From an uncultured Gemmatimonadales bacterium (lineage in GTDB: Bacteria; Gemmatimonadota; Gemmatimonadetes; Longimicrobiales; Gaopeijiaceae), in NCBI GenBank assembly GCA_963809895.1, contig CAWELD010000010.1, positions 576,001 to 640,000 on the forward strand: DNA of 64,000 nt, in the 5' to 3' direction. The translations under genes and the position numbers were made by a program. Positions 30,705 to 39,952 of the stretch are shown here, in pieces (within the stretch, counting starts at the first letter, position 1; every line of letters starts with the position of its first letter). Under the pieces are notes generated by a model. That model saw nothing but the letters and a program-made list of their open reading frames with translations, was not told where the DNA came from and did not search any database.

Positions 30705-30911
30705 CGGGACTCCTCCTTCGGGCTTGGCCTTCGGGGCCGTTCGTGTCAGTGGCAGAGTGCTGCCACTCCGGAGGGGGAGTCCATCCCATCAATTCCTACT
30801 GCGTGCTCAACGACCGAAAGGGTCGCGCGCGAGGCGCGCGGTCGACATCATGAGGCACGCAGCAGAGTCGCAAATTCGTTATGTGGTCGTCGTCAGCCTG
30901 AAGAAGACACC

Positions 30912-31850
30912 GTGCAAGGAACCGTAGCGAACACCGACCGCGGTTGGTACGAGTTCCTTCGAGGTCGTCCTGACCTCGCCGAGGTCAACTTCTGGTCGCC
31001 ATCTCCGAGGCGAGCCTTCCGCGGCGATCCCATGACCCCGTTCTTTTTTCGACTCAAGGCCCCGCACAAGGCCGTAGCCGGCTTTGCATTCTTCGGGCGT
31101 TACGGACGGCTCCCCGTTTGGCTGGCTTGGGAGGCGTTCGGTGCGGGGAATGGAACGGATTCGCTGGCCGACCTGAAGGATCGACTTCAGACGCTACGGG
31201 ACCACATCCGCTTCGACCCTCCGCCTGGTCCCGACGAGATCGGCTGCACGATTCTGCTCGAGCCCGTTTTCTTCCCCGAAGACTTGTGGGTTCCGGAGCC
31301 GGCGGACTGGAAAGGCCGAACGCAGGGGTATCGGTACTATGACCTTGAGTCCGGCGAAGGCGAACTCTTGTGGAGGCGCTGCCGAGAAGCGGCCCGTCTG
31401 GTATCGGAGCGCTCCTACTCCGAGCCGGCTGCTGTGATTGAGCGGGCCACGCGCTACGGTGCGCCGCATCTCGTGCTGCCTCGAATGGGCCAGGGAACGT
31501 TCCGCATCGCCACCCTCCAAGCGTATGAGAAGGCCTGCGCAGTAACGGGAGAGCACTCCCTGCCGGCCTTGGAGGCAGCGCACATCTGGCCGTTCCATGC
31601 TGGTGGGCAGCACGAAGTGTCCAACGGCATCCTCCTGCGGGCGGATCTCCACCGCCTGTTTGATCGGGGCTACGTCACCGTTACTCCGGATCTGACACTT
31701 CGCGTTAGCCCACGGCTAAGAGCGGACTTCGACAACGGGAGGAGCTACTACCCGTTCGACGAGAAGCCGGTGCGCGTACCGTCCAAGGACACAGAGCGTC
31801 CCAACCCGGAGCACCTGGATTGGCATGGTCGGAATGTGTTCCTCGGGTGA
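30912..31850 (+). CDS. HNH endonuclease, putative restriction/defence nuclease
   Basis: NTDRGWYEFL, EVNFW; RMGQGTFR, CAVTG, LEAAHI, NGILLRADLHRLFDRG. Confidence 0.9.
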   Translation: MQGTVANTDRGWYEFLRGRPDLAEVNFWSPSPRRAFRGDPMTPFFFRLKAPHKAVAGFAFFGRYGRLPVWLAWEAFGAGNGTDSLADLKDRLQTLRDHIRFDPPPGPDEIGCTILLEPVFFPEDLWVPEPADWKGRTQGYRYYDLESGEGELLWRRCREAARLVSERSYSEPAAVIERATRYGAPHLVLPRMGQGTFRIATLQAYEKACAVTGEHSLPALEAAHIWPFHAGGQHEVSNGILLRADLHRLFDRGYVTVTPDLTLRVSPRLRADFDNGRSYYPFDEKPVRVPSKDTERPNPEHLDWHGRNVFLG

Positions 31851-31855
31851 CGCCC

Positions 31856-31974
31856 ACATAACACGGGTTTCCTGCTGACGCGGCTGGCACCCGGCTCCGG
31901 TAGCCGTTCGCCTTGCAGCTCACGACTCCGGGGCAGCATTGTGGTCGCGCAGCAGAAACCCGAAGTCGTTAGAG
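31856..31974 (+). repeat. attC (family C)
   Basis: ACATAAC..GTTCGCCTTGCAGCTCAC..GCAGCAGAAACCC..GTTAGAG. Confidence 0.92.
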
Positions 31975-32011
31975 CGCAGCTCTGTCACCGTCGTCTATTG
32001 CTATCGGGTCG

Positions 32012-33211
32012 ATGAGCAAGAAGAAGGACCAACACACGGTACCAGAGTCCTACCTGCAGGGGTTTGTCTCCGACGAGATCCCGCCCGAGCATCGGGCCAA
32101 TCCGTTGTTCGAGCCGGGAGTCTGGGTCTCCTCGCCCGATCTCCAGCGCGGGTGGAGCCATCGCCACCCGTCCAACGTCCTGACGAAGTCGTACTTCTAC
32201 AACATTCCGGGCGATTCGCCCGATGCTCCCGTCATCGAAGAGTTCCTGTCCCGAGTCGAGGCCACCTTCCCAAGGGTAAGAAGGGAGCTAGTTGCGGGCC
32301 GCATGCCGACTGGGGAGGACATCGGAAATCTGGCGCTCTTCGCGTCGACCCTTTCGATGCGCACCGAGGCACAACTTGCGCATTGGGAGCGCCAGTTCTC
32401 AGACCTCAGACACCTCTATCGACAGGTCGGCGGCTACGACCCTGAAGAGCCAACCGGTGACAGCATCGCCGATGGCAGCCCTGAGGTATTAGCGCGTCAA
32501 CTCATCACCGAGCCCACGCTGGCCAGGCTGTTGCTCGAGCAGGGGATGTACGTGCTCGTCAATCGAACGGAGGAGTTGTTTGTGAGCTCCGACAATCCCG
32601 TCATCCATCAACACTGGCACGTTGACGAGATGCAACGGGCGCTGGCCGGGCTGGTCCGCGCAGACATCCCACGGAGTGAGCGGAGGCCGGTGACCCTTCT
32701 CCCGCTTGATCCCCGTCACCTGCTCATCTCATCACTCTTCTTGAAGACCGCTCCCAGGCCGTGTGGGGCCCATGACATCACTGAGGCGGCCACAATCGTA
32801 TGGCTGAACATCCTGGCGTTGGTGAATGCCGATGAGTTGGTCGTGTCCTCAAAGCCTCGCGTTTCCCGCGGCGACGACCTGGCTCTCGTCGAAGGCATGG
32901 AGCGTTGGAGGGCAGCACAGGAGAACGGAGTCTACCTGAGTATCTACACGAAGCGGGAGCGTTACTGGCTCCCTATCCGGGATCTTGATCGAACCGGCGG
33001 TCGCCTCAGCTTCGTGCCCCTCGACCTGGAAGAGTTCCATCGGCTCGTCGATGATGGTGACCTGGACCACTTGGAGGTCCACCAAGGAACTGACTTGGCT
33101 GGCGGAATGCGACAGATAATGTTCCACAGCGTCGATGCATCGGGGAACGGTCCGTCTGTGATCAAGCACTCCGGTGGCCTCGACTTCATCTTCGGTGAGC
33201 GCGAGGCCTGA
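32012..33211 (+). CDS. DUF4238-like protein
   Basis: QHTVPESYLQGF N-terminus, IEEFLSRVE, FVSSDNPV. Confidence 0.75.
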   Translation: MSKKKDQHTVPESYLQGFVSDEIPPEHRANPLFEPGVWVSSPDLQRGWSHRHPSNVLTKSYFYNIPGDSPDAPVIEEFLSRVEATFPRVRRELVAGRMPTGEDIGNLALFASTLSMRTEAQLAHWERQFSDLRHLYRQVGGYDPEEPTGDSIADGSPEVLARQLITEPTLARLLLEQGMYVLVNRTEELFVSSDNPVIHQHWHVDEMQRALAGLVRADIPRSERRPVTLLPLDPRHLLISSLFLKTAPRPCGAHDITEAATIVWLNILALVNADELVVSSKPRVSRGDDLALVEGMERWRAAQENGVYLSIYTKRERYWLPIRDLDRTGGRLSFVPLDLEEFHRLVDDGDLDHLEVHQGTDLAGGMRQIMFHSVDASGNGPSVIKHSGGLDFIFGEREA

Positions 33212-33227
33212 GCCCAGCGGCGGCTGC

Positions 33228-33307
33228 AGGCTCCGGAGCACTCGCCTTGCAGCTCGCGCTCCGGGTCAGCATCGTGGTCCGGCAGCAGAATTCCAAGATC
33301 GTTAGGA
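33228..33307 (+). repeat. attC (family C), left arm deleted
   Basis: CTCCGGAGCACTCGCCTTGCAGCTC..GCAGCAGAATTCC..GTTAGGA with no upstream TAAC. Confidence 0.8.
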
Positions 33308-33332
33308 AGCGATCGCAGGCGAGGAAGGTACG

Positions 33333-34370
33333 GTGGCAGATCGTTCCCGCATGGACCGCACACTCGGGCGATTCATCGACCGAGTACGCCTGGGCACGCT
33401 TGTTCTCGCGCTCGGCTGCACCGTTCTTGGAGCGGCTGCCAGCTACTACGCTCTGACCAAATGGTCCGCCAGCGGCATAGTGGCAACGGGGGTGTCAGAT
33501 CAGCAAGTGGGTTTGCTGGATGCTCTCTACTTCAGTGTGGTGACCGTGTCGTCGTTGGGATATGGTGACTACGCGCCCGTTGGATGGGCCCGTGTCTTGG
33601 CTGGCGTAGAGGTCTTCGTTGGGCTTGGGCTGATATCGATCATGATTGCCAAGGTGGCGTCAGAACGATCGACTCAGTTGGTGAAGCTCATCTACACCAG
33701 CGACCACGAACGCCGCATCAACGATTTCACGGATGACGTAGCCGTGTATCGCGACCGAGTGAGAGACGCTGTCGGGAGGCAGCTCGAATCAGAGCTACAG
33801 GGAATTGCCGAGAGATGCCGGAAGCTGATTGAGGGAATGAACGCCTATGTGGCGTTCCAATCGCAGGTGGGAATGCTCACAGCCGGTAACAAGGGTTCGA
33901 TCCGCCGGCTATTGAAGGGCACGGTTCATCTCGCGGAGTCCGTGCTGGTAGCGGCGAAGCAGCCGCAGTACTCGGACGCCACACGACGACGACTGGCTGA
34001 TTTGATCGGGTCGCTGTCCCGTTTCAGTGGGGTGGCCGAGGAGTTCTATGACGACACGGTCGTCTGCGCTCGTGCCCACCATGTAGTCACCCTGGCGACT
34101 GACTTTCGGCGCATCAACCAGCAGCGTGCAGCTGGGCATCGGAGCTTCGACAACTACCGCGTTGCTGATTTGACCGAGGGACTTCTGGCTCGAGTAGTGG
34201 AGGTGGCCCCCGACCCACCATGGCCCAAGGGAGTGCATAAGACGGTTGCGGCCGAATTGGGTATCTCGAACGCCCTCGCAAGCAAGGCTCTCCATCACCT
34301 CGTCGACGAAGGCCGACTACATGCCGAGATCGACAACCCTGAGGAAGGACGAGGGGCGGTCGCTTCCTAA
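33333..34370 (+). CDS. Two-TM potassium-channel-domain protein with cytoplasmic C-terminal extension
   Basis: DALYFSVVTVSSLGYGDYAP pore motif; C-terminal HTH-like HKTVAAELGISNALAS. Confidence 0.85.
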   Translation: MADRSRMDRTLGRFIDRVRLGTLVLALGCTVLGAAASYYALTKWSASGIVATGVSDQQVGLLDALYFSVVTVSSLGYGDYAPVGWARVLAGVEVFVGLGLISIMIAKVASERSTQLVKLIYTSDHERRINDFTDDVAVYRDRVRDAVGRQLESELQGIAERCRKLIEGMNAYVAFQSQVGMLTAGNKGSIRRLLKGTVHLAESVLVAAKQPQYSDATRRRLADLIGSLSRFSGVAEEFYDDTVVCARAHHVVTLATDFRRINQQRAAGHRSFDNYRVADLTEGLLARVVEVAPDPPWPKGVHKTVAAELGISNALASKALHHLVDEGRLHAEIDNPEEGRGAVAS

Positions 34371-34483
34371 CAGGGGTTTGAACCTGACGGGGTAGACGGG
34401 ATGGACGGACGGTTGTTCGGCTTGCACCTCACAACCGCCGGGGAGCATGTTGCTCCCGCAGGTTAAACCCAAAGTCGTTAGTA
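34365..34483 (+). repeat. attC (family B)
   Basis: TCCTAAC..GTTAGTA; the gene stop TAA lies inside the inverse core. Confidence 0.92.
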
Positions 34484-34496
34484 CGCTTGATCGGAC

Positions 34497-34841
34497 CTAG
34501 ACATCCAACACCAGGCGCAGCCCAGCGTCTACACGGGCCATCCGCTTGCGCGTGACACGGCCGACACGCTCCGTAAGGTAGTCCTCATCTAGCGTTACCA
34601 CCTGCGTGACGTTTACGACCGAGTCCTTCGACAAACCCGTGGCCGACGCAGGTAACAGGACGTTCCCGGGGGCATCGAGGAGCCTAGCGTTCGAAGTGAG
34701 CACCACACACAGCACTGTGCGAAGCCTACTTCGGTTGAACGCGTCGGCCTGAACGACGAGCACGGGGCGGCGAAATCCCGGCTCGGACCCTCGGGGGTCG
34801 TCCAACTCTGCCCACCAAATCTCGCGGCGCTGAACTACCAC
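34497..34841 (-). CDS. PemK/MazF toxin
   Basis: RREIWWAEL..GSEPGFRRPVLVVQ..FNRS, GLSKDSVVNVTQ. Confidence 0.92.
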   Translation of the reverse strand: MVVQRREIWWAELDDPRGSEPGFRRPVLVVQADAFNRSRLRTVLCVVLTSNARLLDAPGNVLLPASATGLSKDSVVNVTQVVTLDEDYLTERVGRVTRKRMARVDAGLRLVLDV

Positions 34842-35071
34842 TCGTTGGACCTGAGGGAGCGAGCCTGGGCGCGGCGAAGGAGCGGGTCGAGTCCGCTGTC
34901 CTCATCACCGAACACGTCGTTGAGCCGTGCAGTGACGTCCTGGTCTCGGTGCTTGGCCAAGTACTCTTCAACCGCGCGAGCGTAGAGCTGACTCCGGGAC
35001 ATGCCGAGTCGGTCGGCAAGGGCCTCGGCCGACTCAAAGAGGTCGTCTGGAAGGGAGATGGCTGTCTTCAT
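34835..35071 (-). CDS. Ribbon-helix-helix antitoxin
   Basis: MKTAISLPDDLF..LGMSRSQLY; overlaps the toxin. Confidence 0.88.
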   Translation of the reverse strand: MKTAISLPDDLFESAEALADRLGMSRSQLYARAVEEYLAKHRDQDVTARLNDVFGDEDSGLDPLLRRAQARSLRSNEW

Positions 35072-35109
35072 ACCGTGAGTATACTTCGGTATAACCACCG
35101 GCGCAAGCG

Positions 35110-35228
35110 TTCTAACAGGGGTTCGAACCTGACGGGGTAGGCGTGAAGGTCGGACGGTTATTCGGCTTGCACCTCACAACCGCCGGTTGGCATGTTGCTC
35201 CCGCAGGTTAAACCCAAATCCGTTAGCC
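35110..35228 (+). repeat. attC (family B)
   Basis: TTCTAAC..GTTAGCC; nearly identical to 28112-28230. Confidence 0.92.
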
Positions 35229-35286
35229 CGACTACGGGAGCCGGAAGATCTCATACCGACGCATCCGTTTCGCCGTTTGGCTGTTG

Positions 35287-35658
35287 ATGGTGGTGGGAGG
35301 GGTTGGATGCGGCGAGCGCTCAAGCTCCTCGGCGTCGCGGGTCGAGGGGTGTTGGTCCGCTGCGTCTGACCCACCAGGGGTATTCCGGCTGACGGTACGG
35401 CCGGAGTCGGGTGACTCGGTGCTCCTTCCGGACCTCGGTCCCGACTTCATCATCCGGAACATCTGGAGACAGATCCCGGCCTCCGATTCGCTTGAGATCT
35501 TCCTGAATTCCGGTGGCTTCGGAGGCAATGTGATCCACTTCGTGATGCACGGTGACTCTCTCGGAGGGACGATTCAGGAGTGGTCAGACCATCCGGAGAC
35601 GTTTCCGGTCCGACCCTTCATGGCATCACGGGTGAGTTGCCCGGATCGCCTTCGGTAG
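35287..35658 (+). CDS. Hypothetical cassette protein (start uncertain)
   Basis: Single ORF filling the cassette and ending 3 bp before attC. Confidence 0.55.
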   Translation: MVVGGVGCGERSSSSASRVEGCWSAASDPPGVFRLTVRPESGDSVLLPDLGPDFIIRNIWRQIPASDSLEIFLNSGGFGGNVIHFVMHGDSLGGTIQEWSDHPETFPVRPFMASRVSCPDRLR

Positions 35659-35661
35659 TCG

Positions 35662-35766
35662 GTCTAACGAGCGAGTCCTACTGCGTGCTCAAGGATCGAA
35701 AGGCTCGCGCGCGAGGCGCGCGGTCGGCATCATGAGGCACGCAGCAGAAGCGCAAATTCGTTAGGT
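35662..35766 (+). repeat. attC (family A)
   Basis: GTCTAAC..GTTAGGT. Confidence 0.92.
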
Positions 35767-35791
35767 AGCTCTCCAACCGTTGGAGGAGGGG

Positions 35792-36664
35792 ATGCGGACC
35801 CTGGCATCATGGATGGCCTTGGGCCTGGCATGTCTCGCGGCCCCTGTGGCCGCATCGGCGCAACGGCCCAGTGCGTGGGCAGTTCTCGATTCCCTGGGTC
35901 TCGAGTCGGGACATGTGGGCCGAGTCGAATACTACTTCGCGACGGCGGACGAGGCACGAGCGGAGGCCCTCGCGTCACTGGTGGACGCCGCCGCCGCCGT
36001 GTTCGAGCGTCAACTCGATCTCCGCTTTGACCTATCCGTGGCGGCTCTCGGCCCAGGCGAGTGGTTCTCTGAATTCCCAGGGGTGCCCTACGCCGTGCCG
36101 TGGGCATCGATTCCCGAACGGCTCCTCCTGCTGCCCTCATCGTTGTCGCAAGGTGTGCTCATCTTGGGGCCGACTGCCCTTGCGGATCGGCGACGTGTGG
36201 ACTTCGTGGCGCTTCATGAGTACGGGCATATCGCTGCAAAGGAGTACTTCCGACCGGAAGCGGTCGAGCCATACACGCCGGTGAGTTGGTTCGACGAGCT
36301 CATCGCGACGTACTTTGCGTATTCCCATCTGGCGGAAGCGGACCCAGAGTGGGCGTCAGCGGCACGAGCCGAGTGGTCTTCGCAGATACGAGACTTCACT
36401 CCTCCGGTCCTGTCGCTGGATTGGGGTTTCATGAGCGGGCTGCCTGGACCGGAGTTGTCGCGTGTCTACGGGTGGTATCAGACCGTGTTGAACGAGCGAG
36501 CCGCTGAGCTTTACGACCGCCGCGGGATCGCCCTGTTGCCGCGCCTCAAGGCAGCTCTCTCGTGGGAGGACGCATCAAGGTGGACGCCAGCCCGGCTCTT
36601 GAATGCTCTGGATGGTGTGACGCCAGAACTGGCCGCTTGGGCCCGCGAATTCGGGCGGCGGTAG
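35792..36664 (+). CDS. Secreted hypothetical protein with HExxH zincin-like motif
   Basis: Signal peptide ending ASA; ALHEYGH and downstream WFDE. Confidence 0.7.
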   Translation: MRTLASWMALGLACLAAPVAASAQRPSAWAVLDSLGLESGHVGRVEYYFATADEARAEALASLVDAAAAVFERQLDLRFDLSVAALGPGEWFSEFPGVPYAVPWASIPERLLLLPSSLSQGVLILGPTALADRRRVDFVALHEYGHIAAKEYFRPEAVEPYTPVSWFDELIATYFAYSHLAEADPEWASAARAEWSSQIRDFTPPVLSLDWGFMSGLPGPELSRVYGWYQTVLNERAAELYDRRGIALLPRLKAALSWEDASRWTPARLLNALDGVTPELAAWAREFGRR

Positions 36665-36681
36665 ACGCTGGACCGTGAGCT

Positions 36682-36799
36682 ACCTAACTAGCATTTGTTG
36701 CTGACGCAGGCTAGATGGAGGTCCGAGACCGTTCGCCTGACGGCTCACGGCCTCGGGTCGGCGCCCGGCCTGCGCAGCAAAAATGCAAAGTCGTTAGAC
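36682..36799 (+). repeat. attC (family C variant)
   Basis: ACCTAAC..GTTAGAC. Confidence 0.88.
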
Positions 36800-36914
36800 T
36801 GAACCCGTTGACCCCAGGGAAGTACGAACATGGGACGCTCGGAAGACGCCGCAGGGCGTCGCGGGCGGCCGCGTAGGCTGAGCATTGTCCCTCCCTCCCC
36901 GTCAGGAGAACTGC

Positions 36915-37781
36915 ATGCGGACACGCAACCTACTGATCCTTGTCTGCCTCCTGGCCGAACTTGTGCTCCCGGTGGCACTTTGTGCCCAGTCGCCACCAGA
37001 CAGCGCTGCCGATTGGATCGCCATTGATCCAGAGTACACACTCTATGTGGACGTGCCGGCGGGCCGTATTGTCATTGCGTTGTCGAAGAAGCTCGCGCAG
37101 AACCATGTCAGGCAGATGAAGATCCTGGCGCGTGAGCACTACTTCGATGGGCTTCCGTTCCACCGCGTCATCGGAGGGTTCGTTGCCCAGGCCGGAGACA
37201 TGGCAAAGGAACCCCGAGACCTCGGCTCAGCTGCCATGTCGCTCGAGCCCAGGTTCGACGAACCATGGTCCGATGACCTGCATTTCGTGCCGCTGGGTGC
37301 TCCGGATGAGTATCAGGAACAGACCGGCTTCATCGATGGCTTCCCAGCCATGCGGAGCCTGTCCGAGAATCGGGTCTGGTTGACTGGCTGTCCCGGCATG
37401 GTGGGCATGCCACGAGACGACGATCCGAAGAGTGCCGCGGCCGGGTTTGCGATCGCCCTGGGATCAAATCGTTACAATGACCGCAACGGCACGAGATTCG
37501 GTCGAGTCGTCGACGGGCTGGATATCGCACGGATGATGCGACGCGCGACCGTGGACGACCCATCGACCTGGACACTCATCGATTCGGTGCGAGTCGCTGC
37601 CGATCTGCCGCCCGAGCTTCGGACGCCGCGCGAGATCCGCAATACGAATGCGGCAGGCTTCCCTGCCTACCTTGCATCTCAACGGATTCCGGACAATCCG
37701 TGGTTTGTGACGAAGACCATAAGATTGGACGTATGCACGACGTGGATCGTGCCTACCAGAACTCCTCCGGGCGGAGGATAG
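36915..37781 (+). CDS. Cyclophilin-type peptidyl-prolyl isomerase, secreted
   Basis: YFDGLPFHRVIGGFVAQAGD, GMVGMPR, FGRVVDG. Confidence 0.85.
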   Translation: MRTRNLLILVCLLAELVLPVALCAQSPPDSAADWIAIDPEYTLYVDVPAGRIVIALSKKLAQNHVRQMKILAREHYFDGLPFHRVIGGFVAQAGDMAKEPRDLGSAAMSLEPRFDEPWSDDLHFVPLGAPDEYQEQTGFIDGFPAMRSLSENRVWLTGCPGMVGMPRDDDPKSAAAGFAIALGSNRYNDRNGTRFGRVVDGLDIARMMRRATVDDPSTWTLIDSVRVAADLPPELRTPREIRNTNAAGFPAYLASQRIPDNPWFVTKTIRLDVCTTWIVPTRTPPGGG

Positions 37782-38040
37782 ATTGCCGGCCGGGCCTTTC
37801 GATCGGCATGGTCACCATCGCGCCGAGCACGGTCTGGTTCGGCCTCATCTCGGATGAAGTCAGCGTGTTCGGGCAAGCGTCGCTTGCGGCGAAAGCTGCG
37901 GCCGCGGCTCGGACATTCGTCAATGATTGCGGTCTCGGCCAACGTGGTGCCGCATTTTCATCTACTCGAGGAAGTCGGCGACTTGTTGGCGCAGGTGCGT
38001 GCCGAGGCTCAGAGGCTCCGTTAGCAGCCGGGGGAGTTCA

Positions 38041-38159
38041 GTCTAACAGGGGTTTGCTGCTGACAGGGTAGGCTTGGGGGATTCCGGCAGCACTCGCCTA
38101 GCGGCTCGCACTCCGGGTCGGCATTGTGGTCCTGCAGCAGAATTCCAAAGTCGTTAGAA
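38041..38159 (+). repeat. attC (family C)
   Basis: GTCTAAC..GTTAGAA. Confidence 0.92.
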
Positions 38160-38221
38160 CGCCGAAGCCTATTCCTAGGTCTGAGCGTCAGGACGTGTGC
38201 AAGGAGGCTGGTGTGGAGGGG

Positions 38222-38608
38222 ATGGATCCTGGAATTGCGGTTCTTCACGAAGCGTGGCGCGACGCGATCCTCCGCGAAGACGTTGAGGGAGCGCTCGACC
38301 TCCTGACGGAGGATTACGTCCTATGGGCGGCTGGCGCTCCACCCATCGAGGGGCGCGATAGCGTGCGGGCCATCTTCAGTGCCGCCTTGGCACGTTATCG
38401 AATCACCCCAGCCTTCGAGCCCGAAGAGTGCATCGTGTCTGGTGATCTGGCTGTGGCTCGTGGTTGGGATATTCAAACGGTCCAGCTTCGAGCAGGCGGT
38501 GAGGCCACGACACAGAGACAGCGCGTCTTCCTGATCATGCGACGAACCAAAGACGGCAATTGGCGCTTCGCGAGAGGAATGTCCCAACCGGGTCCAGAGT
38601 CGAGCTGA
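38222..38608 (+). CDS. NTF2-like / DUF4440 protein
   Basis: DVEGALDLLTED, PIEGRDSVR, SGDLA, DGNWRF. Confidence 0.8.
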   Translation: MDPGIAVLHEAWRDAILREDVEGALDLLTEDYVLWAAGAPPIEGRDSVRAIFSAALARYRITPAFEPEECIVSGDLAVARGWDIQTVQLRAGGEATTQRQRVFLIMRRTKDGNWRFARGMSQPGPESS

Positions 38609-38677
38609 GTCGGTCAATCGTCCTGCGCTGCTTCGGCAGCATCCGAACGGGCGGGTCAGGTCGCACGGGCTTCGGCG

Positions 38678-38727
38678 TTCTAACAGGGGTTTGCCGCTGA
38701 CAGGGTAGGCTTAGAGGTCCGGAGCCA
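38678..38727 (+). repeat. attC (family C), right arm deleted
   Basis: TTCTAACAGGGGTTTGCCGCTGACAGGGTAGG..GTCCGGAGCC, then breaks into coding sequence. Confidence 0.8.
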
Positions 38728-38729
38728 CA

Positions 38730-39114
38730 GCTCCGGCCGGGACGCTGGCTCTTCGAGGTCTACCCTCACCCTGCACATGTAGTCCTGTTTGGGCTCCAAC
38801 AGATCGTGAAGTACAAGAAGGGGCGGGTTGAAGAGCGCCGAGACGGCCTCGCAACCTTCGCCGGCCTCTTGGGCAGAGAGCTGAAGCGGGCGACGCTTCG
38901 ACTCATTCCTTCGGAGCAGCTGTCTGAAACGCTCAGCACCGTACCGGATACGCTGAGAGGCCAAGCGCTGAAGGACCACGAAGACCGTCTCGATGCGTTG
39001 CTTTGCTGCTACCTCGCCGCGCACTACTGGTACTGGGGGGACGAGGGCAACGAGATGATTGGAGACCTTCGCTCTGGAAACATCGTGGTTCCTATTAGGC
39101 GGGCGGATCAGTGA
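38730..39114 (+). pseudogene. 5'-truncated DUF429-like (predicted nuclease) gene
   Basis: EVYPHP-like stretch, KYKKG, LKDHEDRLDALLCCY, GDLRSGNIVVP. Confidence 0.65.
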
Positions 39115-39125
39115 CAACCGCTGAC

Positions 39126-39241
39126 ACCTAACAAGGAATTGCTGCTGACCGGGTAGGCCGTGGGCTCCGGAGCACTCGCCTTGCAGCTCGCGCTCCGGGT
39201 CGGCATCGTGGTCCGGCAGCAGAATTCCAAAGTCGTTAGAT
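39126..39241 (+). repeat. attC (family C)
   Basis: ACCTAAC..GTTAGAT. Confidence 0.92.
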
Positions 39242-39382
39242 GGCGCTCCAGAAGGAACGGGGCCTGTACTGCGTAGTCGTGCTGGTGAGTGAGTCGCACG
39301 GTGAAGGGCGAGCGAAGGACCCAGGGTCGTTCGGCAGTGCCGGCGTCACTCAGACGCTCGCGATTCGACTCGAAGGTGCCCA

Positions 39383-39805
39383 ATGCTCAGACGTGCACTC
39401 AGGCTCGCCGCCTGGCCTGTGCTCATTTCTCTCTTCATAACGCCGATTCGCGTCTTCCTCGAACTGGCCGGCGTGCCCACGGTGTTCGTCTTTCCGCTCG
39501 GCCTACTCTGGCTGGCCTTGGGGTTTGCGGTCTTCCTGGGCACGAGACTGGGTGAGGAAGAGCATCCGTATCTGCTCCTGCTGCTGAGCCTTGTCGTCTT
39601 CTCTCCACCCTCTCGGTTCCCTGTCTTCGTGATGTGGTGGGTCGATACGACGTGGGAGCTCGGTACGCACTACAACATCTTCGACAGCTGGCGTCAGGCC
39701 CTGTTCTCCGAACTCTTCTGGGGCTCGGTCATCCAGGTGATTCCGGGCTTCTTCATCGGGTCAGTGGTCCTCGGCATCAAGAGAGCCCGGGCGCGCGCCG
39801 CCTAA
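39383..39805 (+). CDS. Hypothetical membrane protein
   Basis: About 4 hydrophobic segments; stop inside the attC inverse core. Confidence 0.75.
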   Translation: MLRRALRLAAWPVLISLFITPIRVFLELAGVPTVFVFPLGLLWLALGFAVFLGTRLGEEEHPYLLLLLSLVVFSPPSRFPVFVMWWVDTTWELGTHYNIFDSWRQALFSELFWGSVIQVIPGFFIGSVVLGIKRARARAA

Positions 39806-39914
39806 CTAGCGTTTCCCGCTGACGCGGCGGTTGTAGAGGTCCGCGCCGTTCGCCTTGCAGCTCACGACGCGGGTTGGCATCGTGCTGCGCAGCAGAAACC
39901 CAGAGTCGTTATAC
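39800..39914 (+). repeat. attC (family C)
   Basis: GCCTAAC..GTTATAC. Confidence 0.9.
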
Positions 39915-39952
39915 AGCATAGCCCAACGCCAAGATGGACGGAGGTTCACACA

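Larger units (their letters stand above)
29407..30791 (-). mobile_element. IS110-family, IS1111-type insertion sequence (intact)
   Basis: 11-bp sub-terminal IRs TGGACTCCCCC (29411-29421) and GGGGGAGTCCA (30773-30783); no target duplication; long non-coding region downstream of the transposase. Confidence 0.92.
29395..30884 (+). repeat. attC (family A) split by an IS110/IS1111 insertion
   Basis: GTCTAACCAGCG left of the IS; ATTCCTACTGCGTGC..GTTATGT right of it. Confidence 0.9.

Noticed and set aside
30279..30911. N-terminal extension of the HNH ORF
   Set aside because: Runs through the antisense transposase, the IS end and the attC; the real start is GTG 30912
38020..38026. GTTAGCA as an extra cassette boundary
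   Set aside because: No attC arm precedes it, and the 12-bp end complementarity shows 36793-38047 is one cassette
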